A DNA stretch of 64,000 bases from positions 51,885 to 115,884 of the forward strand of contig CASDPB010000128.1 of assembly GCA_949282305.1 (NCBI GenBank), given 5' to 3'. The notes below the pieces were generated by a model. The model was not told the origin of the DNA. It searched no databases and was given only the letters and a program-made list of their open reading frames with translations. This stretch comes from an uncultured Lentisphaeria bacterium. GTDB lineage: Bacteria > Verrucomicrobiota > Lentisphaeria > Victivallales > UBA1829. Numbering within the stretch: the stretch's first letter is position 1; each line of letters opens with the position of its first letter. The position numbers and the translations under genes were made by a program. Of the stretch, positions 1 to 9,256 are shown in pieces.

Positions 1-884
1 TTGAAAAAGCCGGATTCAGGCATGTCGGAGCGGGGAAAAACCTGGCGGATGCGAAAAAGACGCTCTATCTTGACTGCTGCGGACTGAAGGTCGCGATTGT
101 CAATTTTGCGGAAAATGAGTTCGGCACCGCCAGCAGAGACAAGGCGGGGGTTGCGCCGATGGAGCCGTTCGGCAACATCCGCCAGATCAGGGAAGTGCGG
201 CAGAATGCGGATATTGTGATTGTCGCGGTTCACGGCGGACACGAGTATTACGCCTATCCGTCGCCGCGGATGGTGGAGGTGTACCGTCAGTTTGCCAGTG
301 CCGGGGCGGATATTGTCTGGGGATGCCACACGCATTGCAACGTCGGCTGTGAAGTTTTTGAAGACGTGCCGATCATTTATTCCCCCGGCAATTTCTATTT
401 CCCGTATCCCGATTCGGGCGGAGCGCAGAAAAAATGCTGGAAGACCGGTTATCTGAGCAAATTCCATTGCGATGAAAAGGGCGTTTACGCTTTGGAGCTC
501 CAGCCTTATAAATTCGATATGACGTCCATTACGGCATTGAACCCGGAAGACGAGAAGATGTTCTTTGAATACTATGAAAAAATCTCCTCCGCAATCCGGG
601 ATCCGGAGATGCTTCAGCGCTATTTTGAAGCCTGGTGCACTTATTCCGGCATCGGATACCTGAGCCATCTGAACAGGGACAAAGTGGAGAACTGGCCGCC
701 GGACTGGACCCGGCGCGATGTCGTCAAGTCATGGCTTCCCGTGAGAAATCTTTTTACGTGCGAGGCGCACAACGACATGATCCGGCAGACCTTGCGTCTG
801 ATCGAGGAGCATCGCCTTGAGGAAGCCGCGCGGCTTCAGTCTGAAGTTCTGGCGCTTCAGAATCCCCCCTGGATGAAATCGTAG
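1..884 (+). CDS. CapA-family (poly-gamma-glutamate capsule synthesis-type) metallophosphatase-like protein, 5'-truncated by the window edge
   Basis: The frame is open from nt 3 (EKAGFRHVGAGKNLADAKKTLYLDCCGLKVAIVNFAENEFG...) and runs into the listed ORF 159..884. Motifs VIVAVHGGHEY and WGCHTHC are typical of the CapA/calcineurin-like fold. Confidence 0.7.
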   Translation, partial: EKAGFRHVGAGKNLADAKKTLYLDCCGLKVAIVNFAENEFGTASRDKAGVAPMEPFGNIRQIREVRQNADIVIVAVHGGHEYYAYPSPRMVEVYRQFASAGADIVWGCHTHCNVGCEVFEDVPIIYSPGNFYFPYPDSGGAQKKCWKTGYLSKFHCDEKGVYALELQPYKFDMTSITALNPEDEKMFFEYYEKISSAIRDPEMLQRYFEAWCTYSGIGYLSHLNRDKVENWPPDWTRRDVVKSWLPVRNLFTCEAHNDMIRQTLRLIEEHRLEEAARLQSEVLALQNPPWMKS

Positions 885-904
885 GCAAGGGGGAGGCAGG
901 CGGG

Positions 905-929
905 GCACGGACTGTTTTGGAGTCCGTGC
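905..929 (+). terminator. Perfect 9-bp hairpin downstream of the CapA-like gene; possible terminator
   Basis: GCACGGACT (905-913), a 7-nt loop, then AGTCCGTGC (921-929). There is no adjacent T-run; TTTTT occurs only about 25 nt later. Confidence 0.35.
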
Positions 930-1151
930 AGACCGCGGAAACGGGAGCGGGTTCAAATTTTTCTGATTCCGCTCTTGTTTTTTTATTGTTTCATGTTATT
1001 TTTGTTAAATATAACATAACGGTATAGCGGTATAGAGTTGCCGCTGTGATTTCAGCGGGAAGGGAAAAATCATTTGTTTTTTTTCTGTAAAAACGTCTTG
1101 ATTCGATTCTTTTTCAGCATATATTCATGAAAGCAATCATCATGAGGGAGA

Positions 1152-2180
1152 ATGACAATGTTGACAGAACAGATCAGAAAAGTGGATGTAAATGCCAGGG
1201 GACTCAGGAGCACCGACGGAATCGTGTATCTTTCTCCGGGGCTTCAGGGACGCATCTTCTGCTCCATCGGGAATACTCTGGTTCACAAACTTGACTTTGC
1301 ACTGGCGGCGGATCCTTCCGACGAATTCAACAATATCGGCGGTAATTCATTGTGGCCGGCGCCCGAAGGGGGAGCGTTCGCATTCAATTACCCGCATGGG
1401 GAATGGACTGTCCAGGACGGCATCAACAAAGTCTGCCCCGTCCTGACTGTGCTCTCCGAAACGGATGCGGTCATGGTCAAGGAAATTGCGCTCGTCAATG
1501 CGAAGGGAATCAATGTGGAGCTTGAATATAAGCGTGAAGTCCATGCAAATGATATTTCCCTGCTGGCGCGGAGCTGTCTTGTGAAAGGAGTCTCCTATAC
1601 CTCGACGGATACCTTCACCGCACGCAACGACTATCCGGTGAAAGATGTGCTGCTGAATGCGTGGACTCTGGAACAGTTCCCCGGCGCGGAGGGCATCATT
1701 GCGTTCGGTCAGTTCGACTGCAAGGATGCGTCGAAGGTCATCAACGACGATTTTTACGGCGATCCGCTGTCACGGATCACATTTGCGGACAACCTGTTCA
1801 TCTTCCGTCTGGGCGGTCCCGACCGTCTTCAGATCGGAGTGAAGAAGGACTGCCGCCCCATCCTGATCGGCGCCTATGACCCCGCCCGCGGAATTCTCAT
1901 CATACGCAGGACGAAGATTCAGGAAGGCAGATATGTCAATATCGCCGACAACGACCAGAAGAACGGTCCGTTCTCGACAGAGGATGTTTACAGCATCTTC
2001 AACGGTGCGGCACTGAACTTTTACGAGCTCGAAACGATTGCGCCCATGATCGAAAAAGACGGCAGATTCGATCATTCGACCGTTGTTTCCGACACATTCA
2101 TCTTCATGGGCCCGAAGGAAAATCTTGCCGAACTTCTCGCGAAAGAATACAACATCAATTCCAAGGAGATCATAAAATGA
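1152..2180 (+). CDS. Conserved hypothetical protein, function unknown
   Basis: 342-aa ORF with an SD-like GAGGGAG upstream. Its stop overlaps the start of the next gene (ATGA at 2177-2180), so it is cotranscribed with the deacetylase. I recognise no motif. Confidence 0.6.
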   Translation: MTMLTEQIRKVDVNARGLRSTDGIVYLSPGLQGRIFCSIGNTLVHKLDFALAADPSDEFNNIGGNSLWPAPEGGAFAFNYPHGEWTVQDGINKVCPVLTVLSETDAVMVKEIALVNAKGINVELEYKREVHANDISLLARSCLVKGVSYTSTDTFTARNDYPVKDVLLNAWTLEQFPGAEGIIAFGQFDCKDASKVINDDFYGDPLSRITFADNLFIFRLGGPDRLQIGVKKDCRPILIGAYDPARGILIIRRTKIQEGRYVNIADNDQKNGPFSTEDVYSIFNGAALNFYELETIAPMIEKDGRFDHSTVVSDTFIFMGPKENLAELLAKEYNINSKEIIK

Positions 2181-3055
2181 ATCAAATCAAAACAGTGTTC
2201 GGTTTCGACATGGAAACCGATATCGGAAGCTGGACTTCGTTCTATGAGGGATTCAGAAACGGGACGCCGCTGATTCTGGACGTTCTCAAAAAACATGACA
2301 TCAAAGCGACTTTCTTCTTTACCGGCGACAGTGCTAAGAAGAATCCGGAAATCGTTCATATGGTGCGGGATGCCGGACACGAGATCGGATGTCACACGCT
2401 GTTCCACGAGACGATCGGCGACCCTCTGTTCGAGATTCCCGGCATGATTCCGCTTCTGCCGGAGGAAGTGGAACACCGCATCGAGATGGCGACGAAGTGG
2501 GTGGAGGAGGTCGCCGGGGTGCACCCGACCGCATGGCGCTGTCCGCGTCTCTGGGGATCGACCACGGTCGTAAATGCCCTGGAACGGCTCGGCTACAAAT
2601 CCGACGCCACGTATCCCATGTATTTCTACCGCGAGCGTCTGACTCCTTACCATCCCTCGAAGGATGACTGGACGAAAGAAGGCGACCTGAAGATCATTGA
2701 GCTGCCGATTTTTGCGGACCTTTCCATGGATTCCAAAGACCAGTACGGGCGTGACATGGATCAGTGGCCTCTGTGGCGCACCGAATCCGCGGATGCCGTC
2801 ATGGAGCATATCAGAGGCTATGTGAAATACTGCGAGCAGAAAAAGGTCGATCCGTTCCTCTGCTTCTATATGCACCCGTGGGAGTTCTGGCCCATGCCGG
2901 AAGGTCTGATTCATTCCGGCGAGGGCGCCGTCCTGCCGGATCCCTTCATCGTGAAGAACTGCGGACCGTATGCCGTGGAGCAGCTGGATCTGCTGATTGG
3001 AAAACTGAAAGCCGCGGGCTCCGTCTTTACGACTGCTTCCGGCTGTCTTGACTGA
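2177..3055 (+). CDS. Polysaccharide deacetylase family (CE4-like) protein
   Basis: FGFDMETDIGS..., KATFFFTGD and GHEIGCHTLFHE match the NodB-homology motifs. Confidence 0.85.
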   Translation: MNQIKTVFGFDMETDIGSWTSFYEGFRNGTPLILDVLKKHDIKATFFFTGDSAKKNPEIVHMVRDAGHEIGCHTLFHETIGDPLFEIPGMIPLLPEEVEHRIEMATKWVEEVAGVHPTAWRCPRLWGSTTVVNALERLGYKSDATYPMYFYRERLTPYHPSKDDWTKEGDLKIIELPIFADLSMDSKDQYGRDMDQWPLWRTESADAVMEHIRGYVKYCEQKKVDPFLCFYMHPWEFWPMPEGLIHSGEGAVLPDPFIVKNCGPYAVEQLDLLIGKLKAAGSVFTTASGCLD

Positions 3056-3074
3056 GTTTTTCCTCCGCTCCGCA

Positions 3075-3111
3075 AATGCCGTGTGTCCCTTCGGGATGCA
3101 CGGCATTTTTC
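3075..3111 (+). terminator. Rho-independent terminator after the deacetylase gene
   Basis: AATGCCGTG (3075-3083) pairs with CACGGCATT (3099-3107). An inner TCCC/GGGA stem is present, followed by TTTTT. Confidence 0.75.
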
Positions 3112-3291
3112 TGCCGTTCCGAAAAGAGGGACGGGGCAGGATCACACTTCCGCTTTCCGCTGTTTTTCCGAATTCCTTTTCTGCTGTTCCGATTTTCCTC
3201 TCTTGCCGTTTTCCGCTGTTTTTTCATAAATCCTTACTCTTTTTTCTTGATTTTTATTTTATGATGTGTTATTTTTATTCTTAAATTCAAA

Positions 3292-3307
3292 ATTATAATT
3301 TTATAAT
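3292..3307. promoter_or_regulatory. Inverted repeat ATTATAA-TT-TTATAAT overlapping a perfect TATAAT, 12 nt upstream of the IclR start
   Basis: Read directly from the sequence. It could be a -10 box and/or an operator. No SD lies between it and the ATG at 3319, so the mRNA may have a very short leader. Confidence 0.3.
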
Positions 3308-3318
3308 ATGAAATTAAG

Positions 3319-4029
3319 ATGAAATCACTTCATAAGACATTCGATATTCTGGAGTATATCGTGCTTCAGTGCGGGCGGCATGTGACGCCGAGTGAAGTTG
3401 CGGAATACGCGCACCTGAATCCCGCCACCTGCACACGCATCATGGGGGAACTGGTGGAGCGCGGGTATCTGGACAAGATTTCGCGCAAGGCAGGTTACGT
3501 GCCGGGTCCCATGGTTGTTTCCCTTGGAACGCGCGACAACTGCTACCGGCGTCTTGCCGTTGCGGCGGGTGAACCTGTCCGGCTTCTTGCGGAACGAATC
3601 CGCATGACGGTCAACCTTGCGGTGATGAATCGTGACCAGCGCGTGATGCTCTGCTTTCACTCCTGCCGCCAGAACTGGAAACCGTGGAACAGCTTCATGT
3701 TCAGCGGGGATCACGCGGCTGCGGCGACGGGGCTGCTCCTGCTTTCCGCGATGAAGCCGGAGGAGGCGGAGCGAATCGTCAGAATGAAGAAGCTGCCGGT
3801 GACGCGAAAGGAACTGGCGCTTGCGAGGAAACGCGGCTGGGTTGATTTCATTTCCCCGGAGGACGGCATACGGGTGATGGGACACCTGATTTCAGCTGAC
3901 GGATACCCGCCCGCCGCAATCGGGTTCGGCATTCGCGATGGTGATGATCCGGAAGAAATTCTGGCGCTGTCGGAAGAGACGGCGCGACAGATCCGGCAGA
4001 AACTGGCATCCGATTCAAGGGCATATTGA
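3319..4029 (+). CDS. IclR-family transcriptional regulator
   Basis: The N-terminal wHTH (SLHKTFDILEYIV...TPSEVAEYAHLNPATCTRIMGELVERGYL) plus an effector-domain length of about 236 aa fit IclR. Confidence 0.85.
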   Translation: MKSLHKTFDILEYIVLQCGRHVTPSEVAEYAHLNPATCTRIMGELVERGYLDKISRKAGYVPGPMVVSLGTRDNCYRRLAVAAGEPVRLLAERIRMTVNLAVMNRDQRVMLCFHSCRQNWKPWNSFMFSGDHAAAATGLLLLSAMKPEEAERIVRMKKLPVTRKELALARKRGWVDFISPEDGIRVMGHLISADGYPPAAIGFGIRDGDDPEEILALSEETARQIRQKLASDSRAY

Positions 4030-4062
4030 ATCGCAATCATAATAAGGAAGGAATGTGAAAAA

Positions 4063-5925
4063 ATGAATTTGATCTGGAACAGCAGGAACACGCCGTCGGA
4101 GCTTCATTCGATTCTGACCGCACTCGGAGAGGAATATCCGGTGAAAGAGGGGGCGCAGGGGGTGAATCTGAGTTTTGAGAAAGGAGAGAATCCGCAGACT
4201 CTTCGCGTGACCCGTCATGCGGACGGTTTTCTGGTGAGTTACGGGAATCCGTCTTTTGCCGCGCGCGGCGTGGCTTACGCTCTGTCGGGACAGGAGTGCG
4301 ACGAGAAAATCTGTTTCAAAACGCACGGCATTCTGCTGGACTGTTCCCGCACGTCGGTCGTCCGCCCGGACTACTTCAAACGCTGGCTGCGCCGTCTGTC
4401 GCTGCTCGGCTACAATATGGCGATGCTTTATACGAAAGATGCGTATCAGGTTCCCGGGGAAACCTATTTCGGTTACATGCGCGGCGCGTATTCTGTCGGG
4501 GAAATCCGTGAAATGGATGCGTATGCGAAGAAACTCGGCATCGAGATGATCGCTTCGATTCAGGCTCTGGGGCATCTGGAGCCGGTCATGCGCTGGGGGG
4601 CGTATCATGAGGTGAAGGATACGGACAATGTCATTCTGGTGGACTGCGAAAAGTCCTATGTCCTGCTGGAGAAGATGATCCGGTTCTGGAGCGACGCCCT
4701 GGATTCGCGGCGGATCCATCTCGGAATGGATGAGACGCACGACCTCGGGCGGGGCAGATTTATGGATCTGCATGGTTACGAACGCCCGTTTGACATTTAC
4801 AACCGTCATTTGAACCGCCTCTGCTCCATTTGCAGGAAATATGATCTGAAGCCGATCATCTGGAATGACATGTATTTCCGTTACGCGAACAGCAGCCGGG
4901 ACTATTATGACCCCGGGGCGGAGATTCCGCAGGACGTCAGGGACGCGATTCCGAAAATGGTTCAGCTTTCCTACTGGGATTATTACCATCGGGACAGTGA
5001 GACTTACCGGAAGATGCTTCAGCGCACGCGGGAACTGAACGGAGGAACGCCGTTCATGGCGTCCGGCATCTGGACATGGTCGCGTCTGTGGTGCGACTAT
5101 GAGCAGAGTTTTGCGACGGTGAAACCTTGCATTGACGCCTGCCGGGAACAGGGGATCACGGAGCTGCTTTATACTTTGTGGGGGGATGACGGCGGCTATT
5201 GCGAGTTTGAATCCGTTTTTGCGGGGTTGGCATGGGCGGCGGATTATGCGTTCAACGGCGAAATCTCTGAACCGCGCATCAGTTCGCTTTTCCGTTCCGT
5301 CTGCGGAACCTCCTATGAACTTCAGGTGGAACTTGGGAAAATGGAGATGATGTTCGGAGAGAAAGACGGGACTCCTTTGAAAGTGAATGCCGCCTCTGTT
5401 CTCTGGGATGATCCGCTGATGGGAATCGTATGGCATGAAATGCCTGTCCATGATTCTGAAATCTGGAAAAAGGCGCTTGACAATTACAAGGCGCTCCGGG
5501 AGAAGACCGAGGCATGTCGCGAAGACCGCGGTGCGGGGATCATCAATCATGCCTGGAATCTTCTGAATGTGCTGGCAAAGAAGGTGGAACTGCGCATGGT
5601 TCTTGTACACGCATATAAAAAACGGGATTTCTCCACGCTCGGCGTCGTCGCGGAGAAGTATGTGCCGGAAATGATTGACGCATTGGAAGGACTGAACGAT
5701 TCCTTCCGCGATCAGTGGTTCCGCGGCTATAAATCTTATGGTCTTGAGATTATGCAGATCCGTCTTGCGGGGCTTCGTGAACGCTATGCCGAGCTTGCGC
5801 GCCGGATTGACGAGCTGCTCGACGGACGGATTGAAAAGATAGACGAGCTGGAGCTGGAACCGCAGACGCTGGGACTCGGCGAAACCCGGTACCGTATGCT
5901 CGCCACCGGCGGCTGGTTTATCTGA
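4063..5925 (+). CDS. Glycoside hydrolase family 20-like beta-N-acetylhexosaminidase
   Basis: GILLDCSRT, YNMAMLYTKD and the HLGMDET Asp-Glu pair resemble the GH20 TIM-barrel catalytic region. Confidence 0.8.
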   Translation: MNLIWNSRNTPSELHSILTALGEEYPVKEGAQGVNLSFEKGENPQTLRVTRHADGFLVSYGNPSFAARGVAYALSGQECDEKICFKTHGILLDCSRTSVVRPDYFKRWLRRLSLLGYNMAMLYTKDAYQVPGETYFGYMRGAYSVGEIREMDAYAKKLGIEMIASIQALGHLEPVMRWGAYHEVKDTDNVILVDCEKSYVLLEKMIRFWSDALDSRRIHLGMDETHDLGRGRFMDLHGYERPFDIYNRHLNRLCSICRKYDLKPIIWNDMYFRYANSSRDYYDPGAEIPQDVRDAIPKMVQLSYWDYYHRDSETYRKMLQRTRELNGGTPFMASGIWTWSRLWCDYEQSFATVKPCIDACREQGITELLYTLWGDDGGYCEFESVFAGLAWAADYAFNGEISEPRISSLFRSVCGTSYELQVELGKMEMMFGEKDGTPLKVNAASVLWDDPLMGIVWHEMPVHDSEIWKKALDNYKALREKTEACREDRGAGIINHAWNLLNVLAKKVELRMVLVHAYKKRDFSTLGVVAEKYVPEMIDALEGLNDSFRDQWFRGYKSYGLEIMQIRLAGLRERYAELARRIDELLDGRIEKIDELELEPQTLGLGETRYRMLATGGWFI

Positions 5926-5973
5926 ACCTGAACGGAATATCACTGAAAATTGAAAAACGGGAAGAGAATTATC

Positions 5974-7650
5974 ATGAGTGAAAACGCATATCGGCAGGCA
6001 ATGGAGTTCATCGAAAATGAGAAACAGTTCCACCTCGGTTTTCTGCCGACGGAACAATCCAGTCCGCTGACGAAGCATCTGGATGGAGAATTTGCCGCCT
6101 CCTGCGTGGACGGCGTGCGCTGCCTTCAGCGCGTGGACCGCAACGTATTGGACATGGCAAAGCGGATTTTCCGGAGCGGAGAATTTGCCGAACTGGTCGA
6201 AACCGGCAGGAAAACCATCGCTGACGGCGGGAAAATCGTTTTTTCCGGCTGCGGCGCGACCGGGCGCCTGAGCATTCTGCTGGAGTGCATGTGGCGTGAC
6301 TGCTGTTTCAGAAACGAATCCGTGAAACAGTATGCGGATCAGGTGTTCAGCATTATGACCGGCGGTGATTATGCGCTGGTGCGCTCCGTGGAGTTTTTCG
6401 AGGACTATCAGGAGTTCGGGCGCCGGCAGGTGCGTGACATGGGAATGAATGAAAATGACATGCTGGTGGCGATCACCGAAGGAGGCGAGACCTCATCCGT
6501 TCTCGGGACTGTGGACGAAGCACTGCGCCGCGGTTCCAGGGTTTTCCTGATGTTCAACAATCCGGCGGATCTGCTGGCGGAGCATCTGGAACGTTCCCGC
6601 AAGGCGATCAGGAATCCGAAAGTCTGCGTGCTTGATCTGCATTGCGGTCCGATGGCGCTTGCCGGATCGACCCGTATGCAGGCGACGACTTCGGAACAGC
6701 TGGTCGCAGGTGGTGCGCTGGAGATAATCATGTGCGGACTTCTGAAGCAGACGCCCCTTGATTATGCCGCGGCTTTTGAAACGCTTCTCGGGGAGCTGGA
6801 AGCCGCCGCGCCCGTGATTGCCTCCTACATTGATTTTGAAGCGGACATCTATCGCAGAAAAGGAAAGATCACTTATTTTGCCGATGACTTCCTGCTGGAT
6901 ATTTTTACGGATACGACGGAACGTTCCCCCACGTTCATGCTGCCGCCGTTCCGTAAAAAGGACGACAAGGTTTCACCGCCTCCGTGGGCGTTCGTCAAGA
7001 ATCCGATGCGCACAACGCCGGAAGTCTGGGAAAACGGAATGCACCGCCCATTGCGCTGTCTGGACTGGACTCCCGAAGACTACAAACGCATGGGCGCACC
7101 GGAAGCGATACAGCGGAACCCCCCGCAGATTTGCGCGGCGGAACTTCTCAAGTTCGAGGTCGGCATGGAGTCGCCGGAGGAGCGGTGCGGTTCCGGCGAG
7201 GACGCCGCCGTGCTTGTGACCGTCGGATGGCAGGGAAGTTATCCGCTGCTTCAAAAGGCGTTCGAGCGGATTTCCGGCGGATTCCGGCATAAAAGGAAAC
7301 TGGCGGTCGGCGGAGACTGCGATGCGGATTTCAAGATTGCGGTGTCCTGCGGCGCCTCTCCGCTTCGCCTCATGGAACACATGGCGGTTAAACTGGTGCT
7401 GAATACCGCTTCGACCGGGATCATGGTTGTTCTCGGTCGTGTTACGGGGAACTGGATGAGCTGGGTCGATGTGACCAACAAGAAGCTGATGGACCGCGGC
7501 ATCCGCCTGATTTCCGAGATCGGCGGACTTGACTACAAGGAAAGCTGCATCCGTCTTTTTGAAGCTGTGGAAGAGCTGGGAAGGAACCGCATTCCCGCGG
7601 AGGAGAAACCGTCCGCAGTTCAGTATGTGCTGAACTCCATGAAAAAATAA
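5974..7650 (+). CDS. SIS-domain protein, MurQ etherase / glucokinase-regulator (GCKR)-like, with a long C-terminal extension
   Basis: FSGCGATGRLS and ITEGGETSSV are SIS-type motifs. I prefer the ATG at 5974, which follows GGGAAGAG, over the track's TTG at 5950. Confidence 0.75.
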   Translation: MSENAYRQAMEFIENEKQFHLGFLPTEQSSPLTKHLDGEFAASCVDGVRCLQRVDRNVLDMAKRIFRSGEFAELVETGRKTIADGGKIVFSGCGATGRLSILLECMWRDCCFRNESVKQYADQVFSIMTGGDYALVRSVEFFEDYQEFGRRQVRDMGMNENDMLVAITEGGETSSVLGTVDEALRRGSRVFLMFNNPADLLAEHLERSRKAIRNPKVCVLDLHCGPMALAGSTRMQATTSEQLVAGGALEIIMCGLLKQTPLDYAAAFETLLGELEAAAPVIASYIDFEADIYRRKGKITYFADDFLLDIFTDTTERSPTFMLPPFRKKDDKVSPPPWAFVKNPMRTTPEVWENGMHRPLRCLDWTPEDYKRMGAPEAIQRNPPQICAAELLKFEVGMESPEERCGSGEDAAVLVTVGWQGSYPLLQKAFERISGGFRHKRKLAVGGDCDADFKIAVSCGASPLRLMEHMAVKLVLNTASTGIMVVLGRVTGNWMSWVDVTNKKLMDRGIRLISEIGGLDYKESCIRLFEAVEELGRNRIPAEEKPSAVQYVLNSMKK

Positions 7651-7745
7651 GGCTGCCGGGATATCGTTTCCGTGTTTCCGGAAAAGGGGAGGGCGGGGGG
7701 AAATTCCCGACTCTCCTGTTTTGCCGGCACGGTATTTCGCAAAAC

Positions 7746-9143
7746 TTATTTCCCGATGCAGAAACGGGAGAAGATTTCATCCAGCATGTCCGGATTGGCG
7801 TCTTCTCCGGTGACACCGCCCAGAGCCGTGATCGCGGCGTGCAGACATGATGCGGCGAGTTCCCAGAACCCGCTGTCGATTTCCCCGACAGCCTGTTCCA
7901 GTTCGGATTTTGCCGATTCCAGAAGTTCGGCATGGCGTGCTGAGACTTCGCATTCCGTTTCCGAAGACTCCGATTTGTTCCAGACCGTATTTTCAAACAC
8001 ATCCAGCAGAGTTTCAAGTCCTTCGCCGTTGCGCGCGGAGATTCGGACGGACGGAATCCCGGAAAGGGGGGGGAGCTGTTCCGGGGCGGGATTCAAATCC
8101 ATTTTGTTCCAGACCGCGATGAGATTTGCCGTGTTTTCCGTCTGCGATTTCATGTATTCCAGCGACTCGCCCGCAGTCGCGGGGGAAGAGGCGTCCATGA
8201 CCCAGAAAACAATCTCCGCGGAGCGCAGGCTGTCGCGGCTTCGCGTAATCCCCAGATTTTCGATGGGATCGCCCGTCGCCTCCCGGAGTCCGGCAGTGTC
8301 GGTCAGCCTGACGGGAATTCCATGGAAGGACGCGAACTCCTCCAGCGTATCGCGCGTCGTCCCCGGCATCGGGGTGACGATGGCGCGGTCATACCCCAGC
8401 AGGGCGTTCAGCAGACTTGACTTTCCCGAGTTCGGGCGTCCCGCGATGACGACGCGCATTCCGTTGCGGAGAATCGCACCGTTTTTGCGGGAACGGATCA
8501 TTTTTCCGATGACCTTGATGCAGCCGTTCAGGATCTCCTTCAGATTTTCCGCCGGAAGCCAGTCGAGTTCCTCTTCCGGGAAATCAAGGCGGGATTCCAC
8601 TTCGGCAAGCACATGCAGAAGTTTTCCGCGCTCGTTGCGCACTGCGGTGCCGATCAGTCCCGACATCTGCTTTTCCGCCAGATGCGCGGCGGACTCCGAT
8701 TTTGCGTTGATCAGATCCGCCACCGCTTCCGCCTGCGTGAGATCCATCCGTCCGTTGAGAAACGCGCGCTTTGTGAATTCTCCCGGTTCCGCGAGCCGGG
8801 CTCCGGACGCCAGAACCGCGTCCAGCAGCCGTTTCGGCGCAAAGGCTCCTCCGTGACACTGAAGCTCCACGGTATCTTCCCCGGTATAGCTTCGCGGTCC
8901 CTTCATATAGACTGCCAGGCAGGGTTCGCCGGCAGGTCCGCCGTCCCGTGAACAGACTTTGCCGAGGTGCATGACCCGCGCCGCCCCTTCCGAGAGAGAC
9001 TGTCTTCCTTTCCATACTTCCGAAGCGACGGCGAGCGCTTCGGGGCCTGATATGCGGACAATGGCGAGTGCGCCGCCGGGAGCCGTGCAAAGTGCGGCGA
9101 TGGTGTCATTGGTCTGTCGGCTGTCGGAGAAAAAATTCTGCAT
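7746..9143 (-). CDS. mnmE: tRNA modification GTPase MnmE
   Basis: N-terminal DTIAALCT, G1 motif GRPNSGKSSLLNAL, and the diagnostic C-terminal CIGK. Confidence 0.95.
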   Translation of the reverse strand: MQNFFSDSRQTNDTIAALCTAPGGALAIVRISGPEALAVASEVWKGRQSLSEGAARVMHLGKVCSRDGGPAGEPCLAVYMKGPRSYTGEDTVELQCHGGAFAPKRLLDAVLASGARLAEPGEFTKRAFLNGRMDLTQAEAVADLINAKSESAAHLAEKQMSGLIGTAVRNERGKLLHVLAEVESRLDFPEEELDWLPAENLKEILNGCIKVIGKMIRSRKNGAILRNGMRVVIAGRPNSGKSSLLNALLGYDRAIVTPMPGTTRDTLEEFASFHGIPVRLTDTAGLREATGDPIENLGITRSRDSLRSAEIVFWVMDASSPATAGESLEYMKSQTENTANLIAVWNKMDLNPAPEQLPPLSGIPSVRISARNGEGLETLLDVFENTVWNKSESSETECEVSARHAELLESAKSELEQAVGEIDSGFWELAASCLHAAITALGGVTGEDANPDMLDEIFSRFCIGK

Positions 9144-9256
9144 GATTTCCTGTTATTATTTTCTGAAAAACTTGATTTCATTTAAAATGTGAAGTATATA
9201 TAACACCATTATTGCAGAAAATCAAAATCTTTTTACAGCTGGGAGGTATTTTTATT

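Noticed and set aside
4015-6078. 687-aa minus-strand ORF antisense to the GH20 gene. Similar long mirror ORFs occur at 2072-3145(-), 7672-8856(+), 9233-10681(-), 11216-12913(-), 14400-15308(-), 15145-16704(-), 16508-18709(-), 20691-21962(-), 26492-27526(-), 27972-29003(+), 37844-39118(-), 39454-41883(-), 42172-43377(+), 43343-44671(+), 51279-52553(-), 54163-55572(+), 56180-57043(+) and 59127-60359(-).
   Set aside because: Each lies opposite a gene with unmistakable family motifs. Their translations are Arg/Pro/Gly/His-rich and low in complexity, with no recognisable motifs. This is the usual stop-codon-poor antisense frame of GC-rich coding DNA.
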